Below, piece after piece: positions 18,401 through 27,284 of a DNA stretch of 64,000 nt; position 1 is the stretch's first letter; each line of letters opens with the position of its first letter. The notes below the pieces were generated by a model, which was given only the letters and a program-made list of their open reading frames with translations, made no database searches and was not told where the DNA came from. This stretch comes from a virus (Duplodnaviria > Caudoviricetes): positions 96,001 through 160,000 of the IMG/VR virus record IMGVR_UViG_3300045594_000116; one strand, 5' to 3'. The translations under genes were made by a program, and so were the position numbers.

Positions 18401-20828
18401 TCCTAAGGATATAGTTTTCGATATGTTTACGTTCGCAGAAGAAATGCATGAGCAAAGCAAAGTCGATACACGTTCCAAGCTTCGTTCTCAATATATCATC
18501 AGGCCAATAGAAATGTATTCCTTTGCTACGGTCTTTAGCATTAAACTCTTTAGGCCAATCACACTGATTCACCTTAACCCAATTAAGAACGTCGGTTGGA
18601 GATTGCATGTCCTTACAGAAGGCATCGAAGCTAGTATACTTCTTTTTGTATCTATCAATACCAGATTCATTGATGGTAGACTCTCCAAATATTCCTTTTA
18701 TAGATTTGAGTATGCTGCTCAACTTGATTTTATCTAGTTTAGAAAGAACCTCATCGAGCCACGTAATCTTATCAGTATGGCATTCTTTATTCACCTTAGC
18801 AAACATATCCCAAATTTCAGGTATACGTTTAACTATCTCTGCTTGGGTGGCATACCTATCATTATAATAATCATCATATACATTCAGATTTTCTTTTTGT
18901 ATACGAGAAAACACCTTTTTAGCATGATACTTTCCAGGCATCAGTTTTAAGAAAAGAGAAGTGATGTAGAAATAATACTTTTTATATGCCGCTTCTGCTT
19001 CTTCGTATGAGCCAAATGGTCCCTGGAGTGAACCTTCATTGTTAGCACGATAATTAAAGATATAGACTCCAGAATCTTTTATTTTGTATAGGCATACTAT
19101 ATGACCTAAATACTTAGTATCTTTATCATTAGTCGCTATAGTTCCTATATACAGCATTCTATTTTCTATGCTATTACGATTACAAAGCAGACGCATAAAG
19201 ATGGCATGATCGAAGCAAATTCCAGCATGATTTTTGATTATTTCATCAGGCCAAGCTACGATAACATCATCTTCATTCGTACTATGAATGGCTAATCTTC
19301 TTTTTACCCTCTCATCTTGCGTAAACCATCTGATATTATTTACGTTATACCAGTCATTCAATTCACTAGGAGTTTTGATAGATTTACATAAATCATTAAA
19401 CCCAGAATACCTTTTGGTAAACTTACTACCTACAGTTTCATCAATAAGATTCTCTTCAAACATATCATCTCTCATACGATTTGTAATAGAGATATAGTTC
19501 CTATACCCATTTACTATCTTAGGAATTCTTTTCATTGCTAAACTTGGCGTTCCATAGTCTCTTTTGATTCTACGGATTATAGACGTAGTTAATGAAGTTC
19601 CCTTGATGACAAAAGCAGCATTGTTAAGTAATGGAGAATGATATTCATACATATCCAGTATAAAAGCTCCCTCTATTACAAATCTTTCATTAGAGCCTAT
19701 AATAAACTTGATATAGTCTTCCATAAGCTTTTTACGAAAGATCTTATCATACTTTACCTTTTTAGCAATATTAGTATTTACTTTAGTATCACCGTACCAA
19801 TCTTCCATTCTCCATGGAATTTTATCTGCTGGAATACTATCAGCATCGGTTAGCCACCAGAGTATTTTATCAGTATCTATATGATGAGCATCATATTCAT
19901 CTGACAATTCTTCCGATAACGTGGATTTACCACTTCCAGATAATCCCACCATATAAAGTACAGAAAGTTCTTTATTTTTCCACGCATCCAAATTCAATAC
20001 TAAGTCTTTTTCTGAAAAGATGATAGGAGTGCCTTCTTGCAGCATATTTACTTCTTCATTGACATTGATGATGACCTTCTTATTCTCTTCACTATCATCA
20101 ATCATCTGAGCTTTCAATTCTGCTACGATACCAAGCAGCTGGCTGAAATCGTTATCAGTCAATCTAAGGTAGTTGAATTTACCCATATTGGTAATCATCT
20201 GCTCTTTGGCTAACTGCTTTTCTCTATAAGAAACCATCTCTCTGTTATTAGGATTGCTGCCTCCATCCTTAACTTCAATCACAAGATTGAATGGGATAAG
20301 AAGGATATCGGTAATCCATTTAAGTTTCTTTCCTTTGTAGATATATTCTATCGTAGGCCCAGGAGAGAGAATATCAGTGCTTTTGAATCCCATCACTTTA
20401 TCCATGAATTCAAGAGCCTTCTCTTCGTATTTACCAGTAAATACATGATATCCACCATCAGTGAATTTATACTTACCAGATATACGTCTGTTAGCCAGCA
20501 TCTTTTCTTGCTGCTCTGGGTCATCAAGAAGAGTAGTCTTACCATGTACTCTAAGCATATTCTTCTTATAAGCATCTCGCAAAGCTTTCTGGCACTGTGG
20601 TCTACCACAGAGCCGATCATATTTGCAAGCTGTTTCATTCCATTTCGTTGGTCTCTTGCATACAACGCAAGTACCATGATCTTTATGATTGATAGTGTTG
20701 AATACTATCTGATTCGCTGTCATACCTTTTGGAATGCATTCCTCATGCTCTTCCTCAATATGAGATCCTAAGTTTTCTCTAGTAGCTCTATAGCTGCAAA
20801 AGGGACACTTATACGTTTTCGTACTCAT
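15420..20828 (-). CDS. 1802-aa polyprotein: Zn fingers + PD-(D/E)xK nuclease-like, P-loop kinase, 3x transglutaminase-like, unknown domain, Nudix, C-terminal domain
   Basis: CPFC..H..H; WITDILL..IEVK; GLSGSGKS; GICFDHA/GHIVC, GTCIDFA/QHFMC, GICWDYA/THTWV; LPGGGLDKGRALDEQAEAECNEEAL. RBS GGGAGG and late promoter 20853-20864. Confidence 0.75.
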   Translation of the reverse strand: MSTKTYKCPFCSYRATRENLGSHIEEEHEECIPKGMTANQIVFNTINHKDHGTCVVCKRPTKWNETACKYDRLCGRPQCQKALRDAYKKNMLRVHGKTTLLDDPEQQEKMLANRRISGKYKFTDGGYHVFTGKYEEKALEFMDKVMGFKSTDILSPGPTIEYIYKGKKLKWITDILLIPFNLVIEVKDGGSNPNNREMVSYREKQLAKEQMITNMGKFNYLRLTDNDFSQLLGIVAELKAQMIDDSEENKKVIINVNEEVNMLQEGTPIIFSEKDLVLNLDAWKNKELSVLYMVGLSGSGKSTLSEELSDEYDAHHIDTDKILWWLTDADSIPADKIPWRMEDWYGDTKVNTNIAKKVKYDKIFRKKLMEDYIKFIIGSNERFVIEGAFILDMYEYHSPLLNNAAFVIKGTSLTTSIIRRIKRDYGTPSLAMKRIPKIVNGYRNYISITNRMRDDMFEENLIDETVGSKFTKRYSGFNDLCKSIKTPSELNDWYNVNNIRWFTQDERVKRRLAIHSTNEDDVIVAWPDEIIKNHAGICFDHAIFMRLLCNRNSIENRMLYIGTIATNDKDTKYLGHIVCLYKIKDSGVYIFNYRANNEGSLQGPFGSYEEAEAAYKKYYFYITSLFLKLMPGKYHAKKVFSRIQKENLNVYDDYYNDRYATQAEIVKRIPEIWDMFAKVNKECHTDKITWLDEVLSKLDKIKLSSILKSIKGIFGESTINESGIDRYKKKYTSFDAFCKDMQSPTDVLNWVKVNQCDWPKEFNAKDRSKGIHFYWPDDILRTKLGTCIDFALLMHFFCERKHIENYILRTSKYFRKYGDKEYHMFQHFMCIYKEKDGLYYVFNYQGKRSYGMKGPYSKPEDVRNEQLKMMKKHVMSVKNIIGKASDNDLCDIKYFAAIQDTKEYPIYDKFYGDKKIFRDDMMFKSKYMPSLICKYDSPNPEMHNDMYDNLKEKLTHLPKSIKAKLIYAASDWFNRTNDSMMESGELDDSVSTYEGESTNLSPIYYNYRGDNNMVLENAKPAKGPKELVRLYNNLEANFSYEERDDYFKDYKTKSPAEFEKLGYGICWDYADYEAKYLEKMGYKNTTADLSNGKYSLYYHQFNSDDGVNPTHTWVACMKGNKVYVVESSWYSFKGVHCFDNEQDMIAVYVSKLNEEKMPNLLMKYKPSRKFGLTTVKYMNHIYDTGTIVIDNVGMQESVSTYEGEYHSTDPNYESLIESVGVEHKERINYFISPKSEGAEILLANLACAGKDRFKEWFDPSEKFFSIIGKATASFYEKAGKEYEFLIIFNPKDTDADKRYNANQLCNYIQSMATGNGLVDTMRDKLFTYSGIMHIQMAKDLWLSYLILFGEDEIEKIFLVAYNMDTEWMELIPMPVPPMNTYRDSIAMEANLVPIPKPKDIKYIKSAEGIDNPYIMYDNKQYRVRVETLIFDKHGDVLVEMQDPKNLNKYGTNYKLPGGGLDKGRALDEQAEAECNEEALVVTKNRSYTGMTYFQNYEGKYPEWQKKKLWPLGLKYEGSLTFIFVAEYAKKFTGHIEDVDKDDFYQKAKYVGVDTIDWRAEHEEAIDFYFNHRDAIREGADMDLNEFAGPGGMTPAPDLSYVTQYGPVHRDTGTGIMDMNVEGYAVSNDILTKNILTQDKSGMVKKENTEEFLKGRKLRVFQFRSDPEGLRIIENAIGTVQPRGFIYEALTGKKLLSDDQILCDESCTEVSPIDIGSEATSYLQTVAEQLKSIKGKKDHEFPLTNPHMIKEADAITEGLKDVVVMENQYGVYAKNAKTGMRTAYYQRIKDIPAKVVAKKNVKH
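17218..17861. repeat. Perfect 20-bp direct repeat flanking the third transglutaminase module
   Basis: TCTCCTTCATAAGTAGATAC at 17218-17237 and 17842-17861, both encoding VSTYEGE on the minus strand. Confidence 0.9.
17790..17823 (-). promoter_or_regulatory. Internal early promoter + RBS + in-frame ATG inside the polyprotein
   Basis: Minus strand TATATATTAT aattat AGAGGTGA taataat ATG (17792, Met1013). Confidence 0.75.
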
Positions 20829-20852
20829 TGTTGGAATCCTCCCTTGTAAGTT

Positions 20853-20864
20853 TACTAGTATGTC
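20853..20864 (-). promoter_or_regulatory. Late promoter variant GACA-N6-TA
   Basis: GACA TACTAG TA upstream of the polyprotein RBS. Confidence 0.6.
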
Positions 20865-20958
20865 AGATAGGCCTAATTTGACATATCCAGTAATATAAAT
20901 TATTTTTGCGTATAAATTAACTACTCAAACTTTATTAGTAATAAATGGAGGTAATCAT

Positions 20959-21336
20959 ATGGCTATAACTACTGTTACTAAGATAACAGAGCATACTCTT
21001 AGTATCAACGAATTTAACAAGCCAAAGGTACTAACTAATGAAGCAGCTATCGCTCAAAAGCTGATAGAAATCGCTTTGCTAAATCCAGGAACATATCCTA
21101 CTAGACCTGACATGGGTTTAGGCTTGGTAAGAAACTATCGTTATCAATCTGACACTGACGTCGAAAAGATGAAAGAAGAATATAAGAGTCAGATAGAGAC
21201 ATATCTCCCAACGTTAACTGACGTTGAGATCGATATAAAAGTAGTTGGCAAAGAGCTTAGATTCTTTGTCAAGATAGATGGGACAATGTTCCGTCTTATC
21301 TTAAATACAGACACAAAAACATTGATGTCATTATAA
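20959..21336 (+). CDS. Baseplate wedge protein, gp25/GPW-like
   Basis: 125 aa with NPGTYPTRPDMGLGL and IETYLP motifs. Confidence 0.7.
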   Translation: MAITTVTKITEHTLSINEFNKPKVLTNEAAIAQKLIEIALLNPGTYPTRPDMGLGLVRNYRYQSDTDVEKMKEEYKSQIETYLPTLTDVEIDIKVVGKELRFFVKIDGTMFRLILNTDTKTLMSL

Positions 21337-21352
21337 TGGAGGTAGAAACAGA

Positions 21353-23137
21353 ATGTCGAAATCTAAGAGAAAAATTAATCTTAATGACTTGAGTAAGGCT
21401 CAGACCGCTTCCGTTGCAGCTGCAGCTGAGCCGGAAGTTAAAACGGTTGAAGTTGCACAGCCCACTCAGAAAATCACCCCAGAGTTGGATGCGGATACCC
21501 GTGCAAAGCGTCAGGCTGCGGCCGATGCTGAACCGGTATTTGTAAAGAATCTTGAGGAAGTTGCAAAACCAGCTCCGAAACTTGTAGCTCCGGAAGTGCG
21601 TAATATGGCCAATCTTATGTCTCGTACAGATGATGCCATTGAGCGTGTAAAGCGGGATCAGAAAGAAAACGTCATGAAACCGCTCAAAGAAAAGCTCATC
21701 AAGGAAATCGAAAAGAAATCCACTGAGCAGAATGAAAAAGATCTGGCTGCTGTAAGAACAGAAAGCGGTAAAGACGCTCTGACCGCTGCACTCGATGTTG
21801 ATAACAGCGAAGAGGATGCTCTCCTCGCAGAAGCTACATCACTTCCTGCTCAGGGCATTCGTGATGAACTCAGCAATACGAAGATGGATCTGTCCACTCC
21901 GGTTGAAGAGGACGATGAAATGAAATCCCTGCTTCGTGAAATCGACGAAGATGATGACGAAGAAGAGGAAGAGAAGGTTACAGAAGACCTTTCTAAGCTC
22001 ACTGACGAAGAGCAGAAGATCGCTGACGAATGGGAAAAGAAAGCAATCACTACGTATCGTGAGTCTCTGAAGAAGAAACTCGTTACGAGTGGTCGTGTCG
22101 AGAAAGAGAATGGCGAACTTAAGATCGCCAAGGCTCCTATCTCTGTAAGCCGTGCTCTTCGCAATGCAAATACTGCAATTGCTCATACGGCTTCTTTCCC
22201 GCTCATCCATACTGGTCGTATGATCACTATGCAGTCTCTGACTGGTGATGAGATTCCGACTCTCGATGCTCGTAGCTATAACAGCGATATGGAAGCTGCT
22301 CGTGCTATGTATTCGCTGATGTATAAGAAAGATGTGTCTCCGAATAAGCCATCGACCTTTGAGGTATGGCTGAAGAGCATCTGCGATTGGGATATCTTCA
22401 ATCTTTACATGTGCCTCTACGTTGCTACGTTCAAAGATAGCAACTATATCTCTTATACCTGCCCTGAGTGCCACAACATGTTTGTCACTGAGCAGCCGAT
22501 CGAAGCTATGTATCGCAAGCATCCGGATTCTACTAAGGATTTTGATACTCGCATTGATGCTATCAAAACAAAGGGAGACAATGCAGTACCTTCTGTACTG
22601 AAGTCTAACCTTGTTCAGATTTCTCGGAAGTTTGCTATTGGCCTGCGTGCTCCAAGCATCTTCTCTTCGACGTTCGAGACGGCAGCTCTTGACGTTGCAT
22701 TCCGTCGTAAGCATATCCAGTGTGTAAACCTGGCTCAGTATGTAGATGGGGTGTATACGATCGAGAATGGCATTGCTACGCCGATCAACTTCAAAGTGGA
22801 TCAGCACAATACGTCGAAGACCGTTAAGATGAAGATTGTTTCTCTTGAGAGAATCATTTCCACTCTTACGACCGATGAAGCTGCAGCACTGTCTGGTACT
22901 ATTGCTTCCTTCAATCAGAAGGCAAACGATCGTTACCAGTTCGTCATCCCTGCAACTGATTGCCATGGTACTTTTGGTCCTTATAAGGATGCAGAAGGCA
23001 AATCTATGAATGGAAAGGAATGTCACTACAAGATTCCGGAGATCGTTCAGGATCGTGGCAACGAGGTGACTCCTTTGGACCTCCTTTTTACGCGTCACAG
23101 GCTCACACAGTTCGCCTTCTACGAGACAGAATTATGA
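21353..23137 (+). CDS. Baseplate hub assembly chaperone-like protein (T4 gp26/gp51-like C-terminal half) with acidic N-terminal extension
   Basis: YTCPECH and LRAPS motifs; adjacent to the gp25-like gene. Confidence 0.45.
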   Translation: MSKSKRKINLNDLSKAQTASVAAAAEPEVKTVEVAQPTQKITPELDADTRAKRQAAADAEPVFVKNLEEVAKPAPKLVAPEVRNMANLMSRTDDAIERVKRDQKENVMKPLKEKLIKEIEKKSTEQNEKDLAAVRTESGKDALTAALDVDNSEEDALLAEATSLPAQGIRDELSNTKMDLSTPVEEDDEMKSLLREIDEDDDEEEEEKVTEDLSKLTDEEQKIADEWEKKAITTYRESLKKKLVTSGRVEKENGELKIAKAPISVSRALRNANTAIAHTASFPLIHTGRMITMQSLTGDEIPTLDARSYNSDMEAARAMYSLMYKKDVSPNKPSTFEVWLKSICDWDIFNLYMCLYVATFKDSNYISYTCPECHNMFVTEQPIEAMYRKHPDSTKDFDTRIDAIKTKGDNAVPSVLKSNLVQISRKFAIGLRAPSIFSSTFETAALDVAFRRKHIQCVNLAQYVDGVYTIENGIATPINFKVDQHNTSKTVKMKIVSLERIISTLTTDEAAALSGTIASFNQKANDRYQFVIPATDCHGTFGPYKDAEGKSMNGKECHYKIPEIVQDRGNEVTPLDLLFTRHRLTQFAFYETEL

Positions 23138-23322
23138 TGTTAGCCGATTGGTTCGGTACGGGCTTTGATATTCTTAAAGCCCCTACTGTTCCTTACGGCT
23201 ATCTTCAATATCTATTTTTTAGATACAGTGTTGAAGCTAAAGAAAAAGAGCTTCGGCAAATGCGGGAAGCAGCCGCACAAGCGAATGCAATGAACGGAAA
23301 TCGTGGAAGGAGGGCAATGTAG
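23134..23322 (+). CDS. Small protein translationally coupled to the upstream gene
   Basis: ATGA start/stop overlap at 23134-23137; MMLADWFG... Confidence 0.55.
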   Translation: MMLADWFGTGFDILKAPTVPYGYLQYLFFRYSVEAKEKELRQMREAAAQANAMNGNRGRRAM

Positions 23323-23645
23323 TGACATTTGAACAGTTTACGATGGCTGTTAATTATCCAAATAGAGAACAGCAATTTTATAAATACTATGATTCACATC
23401 TTGCCCTATTCAAATTGATGTGCCAATATATGGATGAAAAGTCCGGAATGGATATTGGTATTCGTGATACTGGTAAAAGATGCAAATATATTATCACTTT
23501 GCAGTCTGGTAGGCCTGGTAATCTAATTGATCTTGCTAATAGATTACAGGGTTCTACTGTATCATCAGCTGTAGATGATAACACTATATGGGTTGGAAAG
23601 ACATCCTTGAAAGATCCTAACGTACTTGAAGTTAGTTTTAATTAA
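23322..23645 (+). CDS. Hypothetical protein
   Basis: GGAGGG RBS plus GTG; followed by hairpin 23663-23687. Confidence 0.6.
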   Translation: MTFEQFTMAVNYPNREQQFYKYYDSHLALFKLMCQYMDEKSGMDIGIRDTGKRCKYIITLQSGRPGNLIDLANRLQGSTVSSAVDDNTIWVGKTSLKDPNVLEVSFN

Positions 23646-23800
23646 AGTATATAAGTTATATTCCCTCTACCTATAATGGGTAGAGGGATATACTTTGTAA
23701 AAAGTTAAAACTTACACTACAGATAGATAGGGGAAGCATATACAACCAGCAGCAACAATACTATGCTTGGTTTGTCGTTATAAGAGGAGGAATATAGCTA

Positions 23801-24211
23801 ATGGTAATGAATAATAATATTGCGTATATAAAAGAAAGAGGAATGATTGTTGGAAATCTATCAGAGGAATTCGATAACGGTGCTATGCTAACTATGTTTA
23901 TCAGATCAGAACAATTCGAACTTGGATTCACCAAAAATGCTATTTATGAGTTTGGATCTATTTTAGTAGAATTAGCTAATAGAGACCTTAAGCTTGATGC
24001 ATTATTAGGAAGAAGATGGAGTTTAGAAAAAGCCTTAACAGAAAATGGTTTAGGCTTTGGCAATGGTATGAGATTTCTATACGATAGACCTATACGTATA
24101 GAAAAAGATTTTGATGAACTGACTTGCATCAAGCAGTTAGTTATCCAATTTGGTGAGTGGCTTATGGACAATTATGATTCAGAAGAATTAAGTGTATTCT
24201 ATAAAAATTAA
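23801..24211 (+). CDS. Hypothetical protein, paralog of 24349..24768
   Basis: RBS GAGGAGG; shared G.I.G...T.F..S....L.FTK and VFYK C-terminus. Confidence 0.7.
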   Translation: MVMNNNIAYIKERGMIVGNLSEEFDNGAMLTMFIRSEQFELGFTKNAIYEFGSILVELANRDLKLDALLGRRWSLEKALTENGLGFGNGMRFLYDRPIRIEKDFDELTCIKQLVIQFGEWLMDNYDSEELSVFYKN

Positions 24212-24215
24212 TATT

Positions 24216-24240
24216 AGAGGTATCCATTACGGATACCTCT
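24216..24240 (+). terminator. Intrinsic terminator, identical copy at 24781-24805
   Basis: AGAGGTATCC-attac-GGATACCTCT. Confidence 0.8.
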
Positions 24241-24270
24241 AAATTTTTTGTAAAAGTTCAATATTTCGAT

Positions 24271-24280
24271 TATATATTAT
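24271..24280 (+). promoter_or_regulatory. Early promoter TATATATTAT
   Basis: Exact motif upstream of 24349. Confidence 0.7.
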
Positions 24281-24348
24281 ATCAGTGATAGAGATAGAAG
24301 CAAGTAACAATTCAGCTACTTGCAATTATTAAAAAGGAGGTCTTTATC

Positions 24349-24768
24349 ATGACAAAAGATATATATAATAAAGTTAACCTGGTAAGCATCGTTGGTATCA
24401 TTGATGGTACAATTAATATCGTTAATGAATCCATGGAATGTACAATTTTTGTACATTCTACCAAATTGGATTTGGCTTTTACTAAAGGCAAAATGATCCT
24501 TCTTGGACAGAGTATCCGGGATGCGGCAATAACTTGTCTTGAAGCATTGAAAGATGATGAAGACATCAACGTAGTAAAATACATATTCAATGCTGTACCG
24601 ATGCTTGAACAGTATAAAGGTTTAATCAATCTTTCTATTGACATTAAAGCTCAGTGTGGTACTTACCAAAAAGGAACATCTAGAGATTATGCAAGAGCAT
24701 GGCAGTGTGTAGGTAATGAGATTGCAGCACTAGCAGATGAAAATTTCCTTAAAGTATTCTACAAGTAA
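24349..24768 (+). CDS. Hypothetical early protein, paralog of 23801..24211
   Basis: RBS AAGGAGG. Confidence 0.7.
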   Translation: MTKDIYNKVNLVSIVGIIDGTINIVNESMECTIFVHSTKLDLAFTKGKMILLGQSIRDAAITCLEALKDDEDINVVKYIFNAVPMLEQYKGLINLSIDIKAQCGTYQKGTSRDYARAWQCVGNEIAALADENFLKVFYK

Positions 24769-24780
24769 TGCAAGAAATAG

Positions 24781-24805
24781 AGAGGTATCCATTACGGATA
24801 CCTCT
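24781..24805. terminator. Terminator between convergent genes
   Basis: Same 25-mer as 24216-24240, followed by a T tract. Confidence 0.8.
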
Positions 24806-24814
24806 TTATTTTTT

Positions 24815-26497
24815 TTAGAATTTAGGCATTGAGAACTTATTCTCATCTGTTGGTAATGATAATGTAAGAGCATACAATGCATCGATACCTTCATTAGTAG
24901 TACACATTATATTCTTACCAGAAAGAGAAATGAAGTGCCGCTTAGAGTTAAGCTGGTCTTCAAGTTCTTTATTGGCTTCTGTACTATATACAGACTTACA
25001 TGAAACTTGGTCGCCATCATAATCCCCACCAATAGATCCAAGATAGATATTACTAATACCTAATGTATCAATAAACAAGTTGGTGGTATTACTATTGATC
25101 AATTCTTTTGTAATGTATGGATAGTTCTTATAGAACGTTCCATTCACTACCATTGGTTCTGTACGCTTGGTAGAATATACGTTTACTTTTGTAGGGAACT
25201 GGTTGAAGCAACTATCGATAGGATATCTGGTAACCAGAATCATCTTGTCCTTAGTTACTTCTTTAGCTGCCATAAACAAAAGATCACACCATGTAAGAAT
25301 ACGTTCCTGTAATGGGAATTTGTTTATGTCAGAGTCTTTTGCCGTAAACTCTTCTTCTGTACACTGATGACCTTTGAAAATCATATTCGTAAACTTAATA
25401 GTTTCTCCATGGTACTTGAATGGTTCTACTGGAACCTCTATAGGACGTAACCGCCCTGCATAGCCATGGATAAATCTATCGATTTCTTCTTTTAGCACTT
25501 CATCTGAAAATGAGATCAGCGGGTCTTTTACCTTAGCAGCAACAACTTCATTTCCATTTCTTGAGAATGGAACACTGCCCATATCAGAGAACTGATTCTG
25601 AAAGAAGTTTCTTAACCAGAATATGATATACGGAAAGAAGTTAGCACATACAGCCGCTAATGGAACAGCACTATGATCTACATCAACCATCATATCATCG
25701 ATATTCTCTACCTTCAGATTAGGAGCGGACAATACTAATCGGGCAGACATATCTGTTGTCTTACTAGTAGCAGCTCTATTGATGATACCTTGCTTACCGG
25801 TTATCTCACCTGTAATCCAATCAAAGATCGAAACCAGTATGTCCTGTATACGGGCAGCTACTGTCGTAGAAAGGCTAATTCCGTATTCAGCACTCTCCTC
25901 AAGTGACTTAGTTGCTACGATTAGAGATGTATAAAGCTTGTTTATATCTCCAACTCCAAGTCCATGATAAGCATCTTCTGCGCTGTTCACATCTCGATAG
26001 TATGCAGGAAGAATGATAAAATCTTTTATCCACATACGATCACCGAATCGCTTCAGGAACTTGATATTGTATTCTCTAGATTCAGCACCGGTGGATTTGA
26101 ACTTAAGAGAGTCATATACCTTCTTGAAGAATTTTATTCCGCATTCTCCATTTTCTTCATCTTCTACAAGTTCTCCACCTTTAACGACAAATTTCTTTGT
26201 TCCGTGAATACATGCAGAGATTTTTCCATCAAGCTTACAGAGAATCTTATAAAATAATGGAGACAAGAATGGAGTATTCCCAAGTGCTACATATGCAAAT
26301 GTATTAGAACGATCATACTGCGTAATACCAAAGATTTCATGAGAAAGCAAACCTTCTGGATTAGCCTGCATCCCACTACCATTCTTGCTAAAGATGATAG
26401 GAGATGTAACCTGCTGCAATTTGTTGACTTTAACAAAATGGTCAGTTCTGAGAGGCTTTACATTCAGATATCTATTCTTTTTTTCTTTCTTTATCAT
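24815..26497 (-). CDS. rpoC: RNA polymerase beta-prime N-terminal (catalytic) subunit, probably of the virion RNAP
   Basis: GLLSHEIFG, GKQGII..SKTTDMSARLV, TRYP and catalytic GGDYDGDQ. RBS AAAGGAG before ATG 26497. Late promoter AACA TCGAGG TA (26532-26521) supports virion RNAP. Confidence 0.85.
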   Translation of the reverse strand: MIKKEKKNRYLNVKPLRTDHFVKVNKLQQVTSPIIFSKNGSGMQANPEGLLSHEIFGITQYDRSNTFAYVALGNTPFLSPLFYKILCKLDGKISACIHGTKKFVVKGGELVEDEENGECGIKFFKKVYDSLKFKSTGAESREYNIKFLKRFGDRMWIKDFIILPAYYRDVNSAEDAYHGLGVGDINKLYTSLIVATKSLEESAEYGISLSTTVAARIQDILVSIFDWITGEITGKQGIINRAATSKTTDMSARLVLSAPNLKVENIDDMMVDVDHSAVPLAAVCANFFPYIIFWLRNFFQNQFSDMGSVPFSRNGNEVVAAKVKDPLISFSDEVLKEEIDRFIHGYAGRLRPIEVPVEPFKYHGETIKFTNMIFKGHQCTEEEFTAKDSDINKFPLQERILTWCDLLFMAAKEVTKDKMILVTRYPIDSCFNQFPTKVNVYSTKRTEPMVVNGTFYKNYPYITKELINSNTTNLFIDTLGISNIYLGSIGGDYDGDQVSCKSVYSTEANKELEDQLNSKRHFISLSGKNIMCTTNEGIDALYALTLSLPTDENKFSMPKF

Positions 26498-26520
26498 TAG
26501 TGACTCAGCTCCTTTACTAT

Positions 26521-26568
26521 TACCTCGATGTTTCCAAAGCACGTAATTACGGTTAAAACTATTAAGTA
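26521..26568. promoter_or_regulatory. Divergent late promoters
   Basis: Minus AACATCGAGGTA (26532-26521); plus AACTATTAAGTA (26557-26568). Confidence 0.7.
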
Positions 26569-26589
26569 AACCATAAAGGAGGTAATAAT

Positions 26590-27141
26590 ATGGGACAGAT
26601 TTTAGGTGTAGATATTTCTGAGAACAATGATCTGTGTCTGGAAGATTTTCAGGCAATGGTCAATGCTGGCGTAGAATTTGTAGTCATTCGTTCTTCGTAT
26701 GGTCTGCATAGCGCCGACAGCCGTTTCAAAGAATATTGTGGCTATGCCGATCAGGTTGGTTTGCGTAAGCAGGCTTATCATTATTCTTATGGCCATAATG
26801 CGGACGAAGTTGCTCAGGAAGCTGAGAACTGCCGTAAGACCATTGAGGATGCTGGTGTTTCCCTGGAAATGGTATGGTATGATTGCGAGGAAGCTCGTCT
26901 TCGTGGCTGGGCTACTGAAGCATGCAAGACTTTCTTGGACAATGTCGGGCTGCATTGCGGAGTTTATGCTTCGCTGAGCTGGTTCCCTGACGAGATCGAC
27001 TATGAGTCGCTCGGCTGCTCTATTTGGGTAGCACAGTACAACCGTACTTGTGACCTTAAAGGCTATATGTGGCAGTTCACCGATGCCTTTGAGATCAATG
27101 GCAAAGGGTTCGATGGAGATTACATCTTCACCGAAGACTAA
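26590..27141 (+). CDS. GH25 muramidase (endolysin), catalytic domain only
   Basis: GVDISENN, YHYSY, WYDCEE (DxE), WVAQY, MWQFT. Confidence 0.9.
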   Translation: MGQILGVDISENNDLCLEDFQAMVNAGVEFVVIRSSYGLHSADSRFKEYCGYADQVGLRKQAYHYSYGHNADEVAQEAENCRKTIEDAGVSLEMVWYDCEEARLRGWATEACKTFLDNVGLHCGVYASLSWFPDEIDYESLGCSIWVAQYNRTCDLKGYMWQFTDAFEINGKGFDGDYIFTED

Positions 27142-27162
27142 GAGAAAATTTAAGCAAATTAT

Positions 27163-27208
27163 CGAGAATGCCATTTTGGCATTCTCGGTTTTTTGTGTTA
27201 TATATTAT
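27163..27208 (+). promoter_or_regulatory. Terminator (27163-27187) followed by early promoter (27199-27208)
   Basis: CGAGAATGCC-atttt-GGCATTCTCG plus T tract; then TATATATTAT. Confidence 0.7.
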
Positions 27209-27284
27209 AATTATGGAGTGGTGAAAATGCATCATCACTAAATAACTATATTCAGGTACAAGTCGTACCAAGGGAGGTCTCTTA

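Noticed and set aside
20880-20940. Late promoter for the gp25-like operon
   Set aside because: Both candidates have 7-nt rather than 6-nt spacers, so it was not called.
23020-23322. Possible -1 frameshift extension of the 21353 gene at CCTTTTTA (~23083)
   Set aside because: Not a canonical X XXY YYZ site; the ATGA overlap at 23134 explains the downstream ORF.
26498-26656. Longer N-terminus of the beta-prime subunit in the ORF track
   Set aside because: Overlaps the lysin gene and lies upstream of the promoter and RBS that point to ATG 26497.
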